Shown in pieces: positions 42,926 through 57,840 of a DNA stretch of 64,000 nt. Source of the stretch: Eledone cirrhosa (Eukaryota). The DNA lies in NCBI GenBank assembly GCA_964016885.1, contig OZ024742.1, forward strand, positions 342,922,001-342,986,000. The letters run 5' to 3'. Numbering within the stretch: position 1 is the stretch's first letter; the number at the start of each line of letters is the position of its first letter. Position numbers and translations under genes: made by a program. Under the pieces are notes generated by a model. That model worked only from the letters and a program-made list of their open reading frames with translations. It did not search any database and had not been told where the DNA came from.

Positions 42926-45439
42926 TATGAAGTATGTGATCTCCTGTGGTATGAAGTATGTGATCTACAGTGGTATGAAGTATGTGATCTCCAGTGGTCT
43001 GAAGTATGTGATCTACAGTGGTATGAAGTATGTGATATCCTGTGGTATGAAGTATGTGATCTCCAGTGGTATGAAGTATGTCAGCTCCAGTGGTATGTAG
43101 TATGTGATCTCCTGTGGTATGAAGTATGTGATCTACAGTGGTATGAAGTATGTGATCTCCAGTGGTATGAAGTATGTGATCTACAGTGGTATGAAGTATG
43201 TGATATCCTGTGGTATGAAGTATGTGATCTCCAGTGGTATGAAGTATGTCAGCTCCAGTGGTATGAAGTATGTGATCTCCAGTGGTATGAAGTATGCGAT
43301 CTACAGTGGTATGAAGTATGTGATCTCCTGTGGTATGAAGTATGTGATCTACAGTGGTATGAAGTATGTTAGCTCCTGTGGTATGAAGTATGTGATCTCC
43401 AGTGGTATGAAGTATGTGATCTAAAGTGGTATGAAGTATGTGATCTACAGTGGTATGAAGTATGTGATCTACAGTGGTATGAAGTATGTGATATCCTGTG
43501 ATATGAAGTATGTGATATCCTGTGGTATGAAGTATGTGATATCATGTGGTATGAAGTATGTGATCTCCAGTGGTATGAAGTATGTCAGCTCCAGTGGTAT
43601 GAAGTATGTGATCTCCAGTAGTATGAAGTATGTCAGCTCCAGTGGTATGAAGTATGTGATCTCCAGTGGTATGAAGTATGTCAACTCCAGTGGTATGAAG
43701 TATGTGATCTCCAGTGGTATGATGTATGTGATCTCCAGTGGTATGAAGTATGTCAGCTCTAGTGGTATGAAGTATGTGATATCCTGTGGTATGAAGTATG
43801 TGATCTACAGTGGTATGATGTATGTGATCTACAGTGGTATGAAGTATGTGATCTCCAGTGGTATGAAGTATGTGATCTCCAGTGGTATGAAGTATGTGAT
43901 CTACAGTGGTATGAAGTATGTGATCTCCTGTGGTATGAAGTATGTGATCTCCAGTGGTATGAAGTATGTGATCTCCAGTGGTATGAAGTATGTGATCTAC
44001 AGTGGTATGAAGTATGTGATCTACAGTGGTATGAATTATGTTATCTACAGTGGTATGAAGTATGTCAGCTCCAGTGGTATGAAGTATGTGATCTACAGTG
44101 GTATGAAGTATGTGATCTACAGTGGTATGAAGTATGTCAGCTCCAGTGGTATGAAGTATGTGATCTACAGTGGTATGAAGTATGTGATCTACAGTGGTAT
44201 GAATATGTGATCTACAGTGGTATGAAGTATGTGATCTCCAGTAGTATGAAGTATGTGATCTACAGTGGTATGAAGTATGTGATCTACAGTGGTATGAAGT
44301 ATGTGATCTACAGTGGTATGAAGTATGTGATCTACAGTGGTATGAAGTATGTGATCTACAGTGGTATGCAGTATGTGATCTACAGTGGTATGAAGTATGT
44401 GATCTACAGTGGTATGAAGTATGTGATCTACAGTGGTATGAAGTATGTCAGCTCCAGTGGTATGAAGTATGTGATCTACAGTGGTATGAAGTATGTGATC
44501 TACAGTGGTATGAATTATGTGATATCCTGTGGTATGAAGTATGTGATCTCCTGTGGTATGAAGTATGTGATATCCTATGGTATGAAGTATGTGATATCCA
44601 GTGGTATGAAGTATGTGATCTACAGTGGTATGAAGTATGTGATCTACAGTGGTATGAAGTATGTGATATCCTGTGGTATGAAGTATGTGATCTCCAGTGG
44701 TATGAAGTATGTGATATCCTGTGGTATGAAGTATGTGATATCCTGTGGTATGAAGTATGTGATCTACAGTGGTATGAAGTATGTGATATCCTGTGGTATG
44801 AAGTATGTGATCTCCAGTGGTATGAAGTATGTGATATCCTGTGGTATGAAGTATGTGATATCCTGTGGTATGAAGTATGTGATCTACAGTGGTATGATGT
44901 ATGTAATCTCCAGTGGTATGAAGTATGTGATCTACAGTGGTATGATGTATGTAATCTCCAGTGGTATGAAGTATGTGATCTCCAGTGGTATGAAGTATGT
45001 TATCTCCAGTGGTATGAAGTATGTGATCTCCAGTGGTATGAAGTATGTGAACTCCAGTGGTATGAAGTATGTGATTGTGGTATGAAGTATGTGATCTCCA
45101 GTAGTATGAAGTATTTTAGCTCCAGTGGTATGAAGTATGTCAGCTCCAGTGGTATGAAGTATGTGATGTCCTGTGGTATGAAGTATGTGATCTCCAGTGG
45201 TATGAAGTATGTCATCTCCAGTGGTATGAAGTATGTCATCTCCAGTGGTATGAAGTATGTGATCTCCAGTGGTATGAAGTATGTGATCTCCAGTGGTATG
45301 AAGTATGTGATATCCAGTGGTATGAAGTATGTGATCTACAGTGGTATTAAGTATGTGATCTCCAGTGGTATGAAGTATGTGATATCCAGTGGTATGAAGT
45401 ATGTGATCTACAGTGGTATGAATATGTCAGCTCCAGTGG

Positions 45440-48400
45440 TATGAAGTATGTGATCTCCTGTGGTATGAAGTATGTGATCTACAGTGGTATGAAGTATGTG
45501 ATCTCCAGTGGTCAGAAGTATGTGATCTACAGTGGTATGAAGTATGTGATATCCTGTGGTATGAAGTATGTGATCTCCAGTGGTATGAAGTATGTCAGCT
45601 CCAGTGGTATGTAGTATGTGATCTCCTGTGGTATGAAGTATGTGATCTACAGTGGTATGAAGTATGTGATCTCCAGTGGTATGAAGTATGTGATCTACAG
45701 TGGTATGAAGTATGTGATATCCTGTGGTATGAAGTATGTGATCTCCAGTGGAATGAAGTATGTCAGCTCCAGTGGTATGAAGTATGTGATCTCCAGTGGT
45801 ATGAAGTATGCGATCTACAGTGGTATGAAGTATGTGATCTCCTGTGGTATGAAGTATGTGATCTACAGTGGTATGAAGTATGTGATCTACAGTGGTATGA
45901 AGTATGTGATATCCTGTGATATGAAGTATGTGATATCCTGTGGTATGAAGTATGTGATATCATGTGGTATGAAGTATGTGATCTCCAGTGGTATGAAGTA
46001 TGTCAGCTCCAGTGGTATGAAGTATGTGATCTCCAGTAGTATGAAGTATGTCAGCTCCAGTGGTATGAAGTATGTGATCTCCAGTGGTATGAAGTATGTC
46101 AACTCCAGTGGTATGAAGTATGTGATCTCCAGTGGTATGATGTATGTGATCTCCAGTGGTATGAAGTATGTCAGCTCTAGTGGTATGAAGTATGTGATAT
46201 CCTGTGGTATGAATTATGTGATCTACAGTGGTATGATGTATGTGATCTACAGTGGTATGAAGTATGTGATCTCCAGTGGTATGAAGTATGTGATCTCCAG
46301 TGGTATGAAGTATGTGATCTACAGTGGTATGAAGTATGTGATCTCCTGTGGTATGAAGTATGTGATCTCCAGTGGTATGAAGTATGTGATCTCCAGTGGT
46401 ATGAAGTATGTGATCTACAGTGGTATGAAGTATGTGATCTACAGTGGTATGAATTATGTTATCTACAGTGGTATGAAGTATGTCAGCTCCAGTGGTATGA
46501 AGTATGTGATCTACAGTGGTATGAAGTATGTGATCTACAGTGGTATGAAGTATGTCAGCTCCAGTGGTATGAAGTATGTGATCTACAGTGGTATGAAGTA
46601 TGTGATCTACAGTGGTATGAATATGTGATCTACAGTGGTATGAAGTATGTGATCTCCAGTAGTATGAAGTATGTGATCTACAGTGGTATGAAGTATGTGA
46701 TCTACAGTGGTATGAAGTATGTGATCTACAGTGGTATGAAGTATGTGACCTACAGTGGTATGCAGTATGTGATCTACAGTGGTATGAAGTATGTGATCTA
46801 CAGTGGTATGAAGTATGTGATCTACAGTGGTATGAAGTATGTCAGCTCCAGTGGTATGAAGTATGTGATCTACAGTGGTATGAAGTATGTGATCTACAGT
46901 GGTATGAATTATGTGATATCCTGTGGTATGAAGTATGTGATCTCCTGTGGTATGAAGTATGTGATATCCTGTGGTATGAAGTATGTGATATCCAGTGGTA
47001 TGAAGTATGTGATCTACAGTGGTATGAAGTATGTGATCTACAGTGGTATGAAGTATGTGATATCCTGTGGTATGAAGTATGTGATATCCTGTGGTATGAA
47101 GTATGTGATATCCTGTGGTATGAAGTATGTGATCTACAGTGGTATGAAGTATGTGATATCCTGTGGTATGAAGTATGTGATCTCCAGTGGTATGAAGTAT
47201 GTGATATCCTGTGGTATGAAGTATGTGATATCCTGTGGTATGAAGTATGTGATCTACAGTGGTATGATGTATGTAATCTCCAGTGGTATGAAGTATGTGA
47301 TCTACAGTGGTATGAAGTATGTAATCTCCAGTGGTATGAAGTATGTGATCTCCAGTGGTATGAAGTATGTGATCTCCAGTGGTATGAAGTATGTGATCTC
47401 CAGTGGTATGAAGTATGTGAACTCCAGTGGTATGAAGTATGTAATCTCCAGTGGTATGAAGTATGTGATTGTGGTATGAAGTATGTGATCGCCAGTAGTA
47501 TGAAGTATTTCAGCTCCAGTGGTATGAAGTATGTCAGCTCCAGTGGTATGAAGTATGTGATATCCTGTGGTATGAAGTATGTGATCTCCAGTGGTATGAA
47601 GTACGTGATCTCCAGTGGTATGAAGTATGTCATCTCCAGTGGTATGAAGTATGTGATCTCCAGTGGTATGAAGTATGTGATCTCCAGTGGTATGAAGTAT
47701 GTGATATCCAGTGGTATGAAGTATGTGATCTACAGTGGTATGAAGTATGTGATCTCCAGTGGTATGAAGTATGTGATATCCAGTGGTATTAAGTATGTGA
47801 TCTACAGTGGTATGAAGTATGTGATCTCCAGTGGTATGAAGTATGTGATCTACAGTGGTATGAAGTATGTGATATCCTGTGGTATGAAGTATGTGATCTC
47901 CAGTGGTATGAAGTATGTCAGCTCCAGTGGTATGAAGTATGTGATCTCCAGTGGTATGAACTATGCGATCTACAGTGGTATGAAGTATGTGATCTCCTGT
48001 GGTATGAAGTATGTGATCTACAGTGGTATGAAGTATGTTAGCTCCTGTGGTATGAAGTATGTGATCTCCAGTGGTATGAAGTATGTGATCTAAAGTGGTA
48101 TGAAGTATGTGATCTACAGTGGTATGAAGTATGTGATCTACAGTGGTATGAAGTATGTGATCTACAGTGGTATGCAGTATGTGATCTACAGTGGTATGAA
48201 GTATGTGATCTACAGTGGTATGAAGTATGTGATCTACAGTGGTATGAAGTATGTCAGCTCCAGTGGTATGAAGTATGTGATCTACAGTGGTAGTAAGTAT
48301 GTGATCTACAGTGGTATGAAGTATGTGATCTCCTGTGGTATGAAGTATGTGATATCCTGTGGTATGAAGTATGTGATATCCAGTGGTATGAAGTATGTGA

Positions 48401-51400
48401 TCTACAGTGGTATGAAGTATGTGATCTACAGTGGTATGAAGTATGTGATATCCTGTGGTATGAAGTATGTGATTTCCAGTGGTATGAAGTATGTGATATC
48501 CTGTGGTATGAAGTATGTGATATCCTGTGGTATGAAGTATGTGATGTACAGTGGTATGATGTATGTAATCTCCAGTGGTATGAAGTATGTGATCTACAGT
48601 GGTATGAAGTATGTAATCTCCAGTGGTATGAAGTATGTGATCTCCAATGGTATGAAGTATGTGATCTCCAGTGGTATGAAGTATGTGATCTCCAGTGGTA
48701 TGAAGTATGTGAACTCCAGTGGTATGAAGTATGTAATCTCCAGTGGTATGAAGTATGTGATTGTGGTATGAAGTATGTGATCTCCAGTAGTATGAAGTAT
48801 TTCAGCTCCAGTGGTATGAAGTATGTCAGCTCCAGTGGTATGAAGTATGTGATATCCTGTGGTATGAAGTATGTGATCTCCAGTGGTATGAAGTATGTGA
48901 TCTCCAGTGGTATGAAGTATGTGATCTCCAGTGGTATGAAGTATGTGATCTCCAGTGGTATGAAGTATGTGATCTCCAGTGGTATGAAGTATATGATATC
49001 CAGTGGTATGAAGTATGTGATCTACAGTGGTATGAAGTATGTGATCTCCAGTGGTATGAAGTATGTGATATCCAGTGGTATGAAGTATGTGATCTACAGT
49101 GGTATGAATATGTCAGCTCCAGTGGTATGAAGTATGTGATCTCCTGTGGTATGAAGTATGTGATCTACAGTGGTATGAAGTATGTGATCTCCAGTGGTCT
49201 GAAGTATGTGATCTACAGTGGTATGAAGTATGTGATATCCTGTGGTATGAAGTATGTGATCTCCAGTGGTATGAAGTATGTCAGCTCCAGTGGTATGTAG
49301 TATGTGATCTCCTGTGGTATGAAGTATGTGATCTACAGTGGTATGAAGTATGTGATCTCCAGTGGTATGAAGTATGTGATCTACAGTGGTATGAAGTATG
49401 TGATATCCTGTGGTATGAAGTATGTGATCTCCAGTGGTATGAAGTATGTCAGCTCCAGTGGTATGAAGTATGTGATCTCCAGTGGTATGAAGTATGCGAT
49501 CTACAGTGGTATGAAGTATGTGATCTCCTGTGGTATGAAGTATGTGATCTACAGTGGTATGAAGTATGTTAGCTCCTGTGGTATGAAGTATGTGATCTCC
49601 AGTGGTATGAAGTATGTGATCTAAAGTGGTATGAAGTATGTGATCTACAGTGGTATGAAGTATGTGATCTACAGTGGTATGAAGTATGTGATATCCTGTG
49701 ATATGAAGTATGTGATATCCTGTGGTATGAAGTATGTGATATCCTGTGGTATGAAGTATGTGATCTCCAGTGGTATGAAGTATGTCAGCTCCAGTGGTAT
49801 GAAGTATGTGATCTCCAGTAGTATGAAGTATGTCAGCTCCAGTGGTATGAAGTATGTGATCTCCAGTGGTATGAAGTATGTCAACTCCAGTGGTATGAAG
49901 TATGTGATCTCCAGTGGTATGAAGTATGTGATCTCCAGTGGTATGAAGTATGTCAGCTCTAGTGGTATGAAGTATGTGATATCCTGTGGTATGAAGTATG
50001 TGATCTACAGTGGTATGATGTATGTGATCTACAGTGGTATGAAGTATGTGATCTCCAGTGGTATGAAGTATGTGATCTCCAGTGGTATGAAGTATGTGAT
50101 CTACAGTGGTATGAAGTATGTGATCTCCTGTGGTATGAAGTATGTGATCTCCAGTGGTATGAAGTATGTGATCTCCAGTGGTATGAAGTATGTGATCTAC
50201 AGTGGTATGAAGTATGTGATCTCCAGTGGTATGAAGTATGTGATATCCTGTGGTATGAAGTATGCGATCTATAGTGGTATGAAGTATGTGATCTCCAGTG
50301 GTATGAAGTATGTGATCTCCAGTAGTATGAAGTATGTGATATCCTGTGGTATGAAGTATGTGATATCCAGTGGTATGAAGTATGTGATCTACAGTGGTAT
50401 GAAGTATGTGATCTACAGTGGTATGAAGTATGTGATCTACAGTGGTATGCAGTATGTGATCTACAGTGGTATGAAGTATGTGATCTACAGTGGTATGAAG
50501 TATGTGATCTACAGTGGTATTAAGTATGTCAGCTCCAGTGGTATGAAGTATGTGATCTACAGTGGTATGAAGTATGTGATCTACAGTGGTATGAAGTATG
50601 TGATATCCTGTGGTATGAAGTATGTGATCTCCAGTGGTATGAAGTATGTGATATCCTGTGGTATGAAGTATGTGATATCCTGTGGTATGAAGTATGTGAT
50701 CTACAGTGGTATGAAGTATGTGATATCCTGTGGTATGAAGTATGTGATCTCCAGTGGTATGAAGTATGTGATATCCTGTGGTATGAAGTATGTGATATCC
50801 TGTGGTATGAAGTATGTGATCTACAGTGGAATATGTATGTCATCTCCAGTGGTATGAAGTGTGTGATCTCCAGTGGTATGAAGTATGTGATCTCCAGTGG
50901 TATGAAGTATGTGATATCCTGTGGTATGAAGTATGTGATATCCTGTGGTATGAAGTATGTGATATCCTGTGGTATGAAGTATGTGATCTACAGTGGTATG
51001 ATGTATGTCATCTCCAGTGGTATGAAGTATGTGATCTCCAGTGGTATGAAGTATGTGATCTACAGTGGTATGAAGTATGTAATCTCCAGTGGTATGATGT
51101 ATGTGATCTCCAGTGGTATGAAGTATGTGATCTCCAGTGGTATGAAGTATGTGATCTCCAGTGGTATGAAGTATGTGAACTCCAGTGGTATGAAGTATGT
51201 AATCTCCAGTGGTATGAAGTATGTGATTGTGGTATGAAGTATGTGATCTCCAGTAGTATGAAGTATTTCAGCTCCAGTGGTATGAAGTATGTCAGCTCCA
51301 GTGGTATGAAGTATGTGATATCCTGTGGTATGAATATGTGATCTCCAGTGGTATGAAGTATGTGATCTCCAGTGGTATGAAGTATGTCATCTCCAGTGGT

Positions 51401-54400
51401 ATGAAGTATGTGATCTCCAGTGGTATGAAGTATGTGATCTCCAGTGGTATGAAGTATATGATATCCAGTGGTATGAAGTATGTGATCTACAGTGGTATGA
51501 AGTATGTGATCTCCAGTGGTATGAAGTATGTGATATCCTGTGGTATGAAGTATGTGATCTCCAGTGGTATGAAGTATGTCAGCTCCAGTGGTATGAAGTA
51601 TGTGATCTCCTGTGGTATGAAGTATGTGATCTACAGTGGTATGAAGTATGTGATCTCCAGTGGTCAGAAGTATGTGATCTACAGTGGTATGAAGTATGTG
51701 ATATCCTGTGGTATGAAGTATGTGATCTCCAGTGGTATGAAGTATGTCAGCTCCAGTGGTATGTAGTATGTGATCTCCTGTGGTATGAAGTATGTGATCT
51801 ACAGTGGTATGAAGTATGTGATCTCCAGTGGTATGAAGTATGTGATCTACAGTGGTATGAAGTATGTGATATCCTGTGGTATGAAGTATGTGATCTCCAG
51901 TGGAATGAAGTATGTCAGCTCCAGTGGTATGAAGTATGTGATCTCCAGTGGTATGAAGTATGCGATCTACAGTGGTATGAAGTATGTGATCTCCTGTGGT
52001 ATGAAGTATGTGATCTACAGTGGTATGAAGTATGTGATCTACAGTGGTATGAAGTATGTGATATCCTGTGATATGAAGTATGTGATATCCTGTGGTATGA
52101 AGTATGTGATATCATGTGGTATGAAGTATGTGATCTCCAGTGGTATGAAGTATGTCAGCTCCAGTGGTATGAAGTATGTGATCTCCAGTAGTATGAAGTA
52201 TGTCAGCTCCAGTGGTATGAAGTATGTGATCTCCAGTGGTATGAAGTATGTCAACTCCAGTGGTATGAAGTATGTGATCTCCAGTGGTATGATGTATGTG
52301 ATCTCCAGTGGTATGAAGTATGTCAGCTCTAGTGGTATGAAGTATGTGATATCCTGTGGTATGAAGTATGTGATCTACAGTGGTATGATGTATGTGATCT
52401 ACAGTGGTATGAAGTATGTGATCTCCAGTGGTATGAAGTATGTGATCTCCAGTGGTATGAAGTATGTGATCTACAGTGGTATGAAGTATGTGATCTCCTG
52501 TGGTATGAAGTATGTGATCTCCAGTGGTATGAAGTATGTGATCTCCAGTGGTATGAAGTATGTGATCTACAGTGGTATGAAGTATGTGATCTACAGTGGT
52601 ATGAATTATGTTATCTACAGTGGTATGAAGTATGTCAGCTCCAGTGGTATGAAGTATGTGATCTACAGTGGTATGAAGTATGTGATCTACAGTGGTATGA
52701 AGTATGTCAGCTCCAGTGGTATGAAGTATGTGATCTACAGTGGTATGAAGTATGTGATCTACAGTGGTATGAATATGTGATCTACAGTGGTATGAAGTAT
52801 GTGATCTCCAGTAGTATGAAGTATGTGATCTACAGTGGTATGAAGTATGTGATCTACAGTGGTATGAAGTATGTGATCTACAGTGGTATGAAGTATGTGA
52901 CCTACAGTGGTATGCAGTATGTGATCTACAGTGGTATGAAGTATGTGATCTACAGTGGTATGAAGTATGTGATCTACAGTGGTATGAAGTATGTCAGCTC
53001 CAGTGGTATGAAGTATGTGATCTACAGTGGTATGAAGTATGTGATCTACAGTGGTATGAATTATGTGATATCCTGTGGTATGAAGTATGTGATCTCCTGT
53101 GGTATGAAGTATGTGATATCCTGTGGTATGAAGTATGTGATATCCAGTGGTATGAAGTATGTGATCTACAGTGGTATGAAGTATGTGATCTACAGTGGTA
53201 TGAAGTATGTGATATCCTGTGGTATGAAGTATGTGATATCCTGTGGTATGAAGTATGTGATATCCTGTGGTATGAAGTATGTGATCTACAGTGGTATGAA
53301 GTATGTGATATCCTGTGGTATGAAGTATGTGATCTCCAGTGGTATGAAGTATGTGATATCCTGTGGTATGAAGTATGTGATATCCTGTGGTATGAAGTAT
53401 GTGATCTACAGTGGTATGATGTATGTAATCTCCAGTGGTATGAAGTATGTGATCTACAGTGGTATGAAGTATGTAATCTCCAGTGGTATGAAGTATGTGA
53501 TCTCCAGTGGTATGAAGTATGTGATCTCCAGTGGTATGAAGTATGTGATCTCCAGTGGTATGAAGTATGTGAACTCCAGTGGTATGAAGTATGTAATCTC
53601 CAGTGGTATGAAGTATGTGATTGTGGTATGAAGTATGTGATCGCCAGTAGTATGAAGTATTTCAGCTCCAGTGGTATGAAGTATGTCAGCTCCAGTGGTA
53701 TGAAGTATGTGATATCCTGTGGTATGAAGTATGTGATCTCCAGTGGTATGAAGTACGTGATCTCCAGTGGTATGAAGTATGTCATCTCCAGTGGTATGAA
53801 GTATGTGATCTCCAGTGGTATGAAGTATGTGATCTCCAGTGGTATGAAGTATGTGATATCCAGTGGTATGAAGTATGTGATCTACAGTGGTATGAAGTAT
53901 GTGATCTCCAGTGGTATGAAGTATGTGATATCCAGTGGTATTAAGTATGTGATCTACAGTGGTATGAAGTATGTGATCTCCAGTGGTATGAAGTATGTGA
54001 TCTACAGTGGTATGAAGTATGTGATATCCTGTGGTATGAAGTATGTGATCTCCAGTGGTATGAAGTATGTCAGCTCCAGTGGTATGAAGTATGTGATCTC
54101 CAGTGGTATGAACTATGCGATCTACAGTGGTATGAAGTATGTGATCTCCTGTGGTATGAAGTATGTGATCTACAGTGGTATGAAGTATGTTAGCTCCTGT
54201 GGTATGAAGTATGTGATCTCCAGTGGTATGAAGTATGTGATCTAAAGTGGTATGAAGTATGTGATCTACAGTGGTATGAAGTATGTGATCTACAGTGGTA
54301 TGAAGTATGTGATCTACAGTGGTATGCAGTATGTGATCTACAGTGGTATGAAGTATGTGATCTACAGTGGTATGAAGTATGTGATCTACAGTGGTATGAA

Positions 54401-57400
54401 GTATGTCAGCTCCAGTGGTATGAAGTATGTGATCTACAGTGGTAGTAAGTATGTGATCTACAGTGGTATGAAGTATGTGATCTCCTGTGGTATGAAGTAT
54501 GTGATATCCTGTGGTATGAAGTATGTGATATCCAGTGGTATGAAGTATGTGATCTACAGTGGTATGAAGTATGTGATCTACAGTGGTATGAAGTATGTGA
54601 TATCCTGTGGTATGAAGTATGTGATTTCCAGTGGTATGAAGTATGTGATATCCTGTGGTATGAAGTATGTGATATCCTGTGGTATGAAGTATGTGATGTA
54701 CAGTGGTATGATGTATGTAATCTCCAGTGGTATGAAGTATGTGATCTACAGTGGTATGAAGTATGTAATCTCCAGTGGTATGAAGTATGTGATCTCCAAT
54801 GGTATGAAGTATGTGATCTCCAGTGGTATGAAGTATGTGATCTCCAGTGGTATGAAGTATGTGAACTCCAGTGGTATGAAGTATGTAATCTCCAGTGGTA
54901 TGAAGTATGTGATTGTGGTATGAAGTATGTGATCTCCAGTAGTATGAAGTATTTCAGCTCCAGTGGTATGAAGTATGTCAGCTCCAGTGGTATGAAGTAT
55001 GTGATATCCTGTGGTATGAAGTATGTGATCTCCAGTGGTATGAAGTATGTGATCTCCAGTGGTATGAAGTATGTGATCTCCAGTGGTATGAAGTATGTGA
55101 TCTCCAGTGGTATGAAGTATGTGATCTCCAGTGGTATGAAGTATATGATATCCAGTGGTATGAAGTATGTGATCTACAGTGGTATGAAGTATGTGATCTC
55201 CAGTGGTATGAAGTATGTGATATCCAGTGGTATGAAGTATGTGATCTACAGTGGTATGAATATGTCAGCTCCAGTGGTATGAAGTATGTGATCTCCTGTG
55301 GTATGAAGTATGTGATCTACAGTGGTATGAAGTATGTGATCTCCAGTGGTCTGAAGTATGTGATCTACAGTGGTATGAAGTATGTGATATCCTGTGGTAT
55401 GAAGTATGTGATCTCCAGTGGTATGAAGTATGTCAGCTCCAGTGGTATGTAGTATGTGATCTCCTGTGGTATGAAGTATGTGATCTACAGTGGTATGAAG
55501 TATGTGATCTCCAGTGGTATGAAGTATGTGATCTACAGTGGTATGAAGTATGTGATATCCTGTGGTATGAAGTATGTGATCTCCAGTGGTATGAAGTATG
55601 TCAGCTCCAGTGGTATGAAGTATGTGATCTCCAGTGGTATGAAGTATGCGATCTACAGTGGTATGAAGTATGTGATCTCCTGTGGTATGAAGTATGTGAT
55701 CTACAGTGGTATGAAGTATGTTAGCTCCTGTGGTATGAAGTATGTGATCTCCAGTGGTATGAAGTATGTGATCTAAAGTGGTATGAAGTATGTGATCTAC
55801 AGTGGTATGAAGTATGTGATCTACAGTGGTATGAAGTATGTGATATCCTGTGATATGAAGTATGTGATATCCTGTGGTATGAAGTATGTGATATCCTGTG
55901 GTATGAAGTATGTGATCTCCAGTGGTATGAAGTATGTCAGCTCCAGTGGTATGAAGTATGTGATCTCCAGTAGTATGAAGTATGTCAGCTCCAGTGGTAT
56001 GAAGTATGTGATCTCCAGTGGTATGAAGTATGTCAACTCCAGTGGTATGAAGTATGTGATCTCCAGTGGTATGAAGTATGTGATCTCCAGTGGTATGAAG
56101 TATGTCAGCTCTAGTGGTATGAAGTATGTGATATCCTGTGGTATGAAGTATGTGATCTACAGTGGTATGATGTATGTGATCTACAGTGGTATGAAGTATG
56201 TGATCTCCAGTGGTATGAAGTATGTGATCTCCAGTGGTATGAAGTATGTGATCTACAGTGGTATGAAGTATGTGATCTCCTGTGGTATGAAGTATGTGAT
56301 CTCCAGTGGTATGAAGTATGTGATCTCCAGTGGTATGAAGTATGTGATCTCCAGTGGTATGAAGTATGTGATCTACAGTGGTATGAAGTATGTGATCTAC
56401 AGTGGTATGAAGTATGTGATCTACAGTGGTATGAAGTATGTGATCTACAGTGGTATGAAGTATGTGATATCCTGTGGTATGAAGTATGCGATCTATAGTG
56501 GTATGAAGTATGTGATCTCCAGTGGTATGAAGTATGTGATCTCCAGTAGTATGAAGTATGTGATATCCTGTGGTATGAAGTATGTGATATCCAGTGGTAT
56601 GAAGTATGTGATCTACAGTGGTATGAAGTATGTGATCTACAGTGGTATGAAGTATGTGATCTACAGTGGTATGCAGTATGTGATCTACAGTGGTATGAAG
56701 TATGTGATCTACAGTGGTATGAAGTATGTGATCTACAGTGGTATTAAGTATGTCAGCTCCAGTGGTATGAAGTATGTGATCTACAGTGGTATGAAGTATG
56801 TGATCTACAGTGGTATGAAGTATGTGATATCCTGTGGTATGAAGTATGTGATCTCCAGTGGTATGAAGTATGTGATATCCTGTGGTATGAAGTATGTGAT
56901 ATCCTGTGGTATGAAGTATGTGATCTACAGTGGTATGAAGTATGTGATATCCTGTGGTATGAAGTATGTGATCTCCAGTGGTATGAAGTATGTGATATCC
57001 TGTGGTATGAAGTATGTGATATCCTGTGGTATGAAGTATGTGATCTACAGTGGAATATGTATGTCATCTCCAGTGGTATGAAGTGTGTGATCTCCAGTGG
57101 TATGAAGTATGTGATCTCCAGTGGTATGAAGTATGTGATATCCTGTGGTATGAAGTATGTGATATCCTGTGGTATGAAGTATGTGATATCCTGTGGTATG
57201 AAGTATGTGATCTACAGTGGTATGATGTATGTCATCTCCAGTGGTATGAAGTATGTGATCTCCAGTGGTATGAAGTATGTGATCTACAGTGGTATGAAGT
57301 ATGTAATCTCCAGTGGTATGATGTATGTGATCTCCAGTGGTATGAAGTATGTGATCTCCAGTGGTATGAAGTATGTGATCTCCAGTGGTATGAAGTATGT

Positions 57401-57840
57401 GAACTCCAGTGGTATGAAGTATGTAATCTCCAGTGGTATGAAGTATGTGATTGTGGTATGAAGTATGTGATCTCCAGTAGTATGAAGTATTTCAGCTCCA
57501 GTGGTATGAAGTATGTCAGCTCCAGTGGTATGAAGTATGTGATATCCTGTGGTATGAATATGTGATCTCCAGTGGTATGAAGTATGTGATCTCCAGTGGT
57601 ATGAAGTATGTCATCTCCAGTGGTATGAAGTATGTGATCTCCAGTGGTATGAAGTATGTGATCTCCAGTGGTATGAAGTATATGATATCCAGTGGTATGA
57701 AGTATGTGATCTACAGTGGTATGAAGTATGTGATCTCCAGTGGTATGAAGTATGTGATATCCTGTGGTATGAAGTATGTGATCTCCAGTGGTATGAAGTA
57801 TGTCAGCTCCAGTGGTATGAAGTATGTGATCTCCTGTGGT
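45440..57840. repeat. 6152-bp near-identical tandem duplication
   Basis: Offset 6152 for 45618/51770, 46625/52777, 47476/53628, 48100/54252, 48768/54920, 49631/55783, becoming 6224 at 50833/57057. Private variants shared: GGTCAGAAG, GGAATGAAG, ATCGCCAGTAGT, GGTAGTAAG, TCCAATGG, GGAATATGTATG. Confidence 0.92.

Larger units (their letters stand above)
8175..43400. repeat. Central domain: irregular higher-order repeat with a canonical 2874-bp (120-monomer) unit
   Basis: Offsets of exactly 2874 for 8183/11057, 9082/11956, 9417/12291, 9921/12795 and 22256/25130. 2874 = 120 x 24 - 6, matching one 4-bp and two 1-bp deletions per unit. Marker order is conserved; other copies are truncated or expanded by whole monomers. 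Confidence 0.88.
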
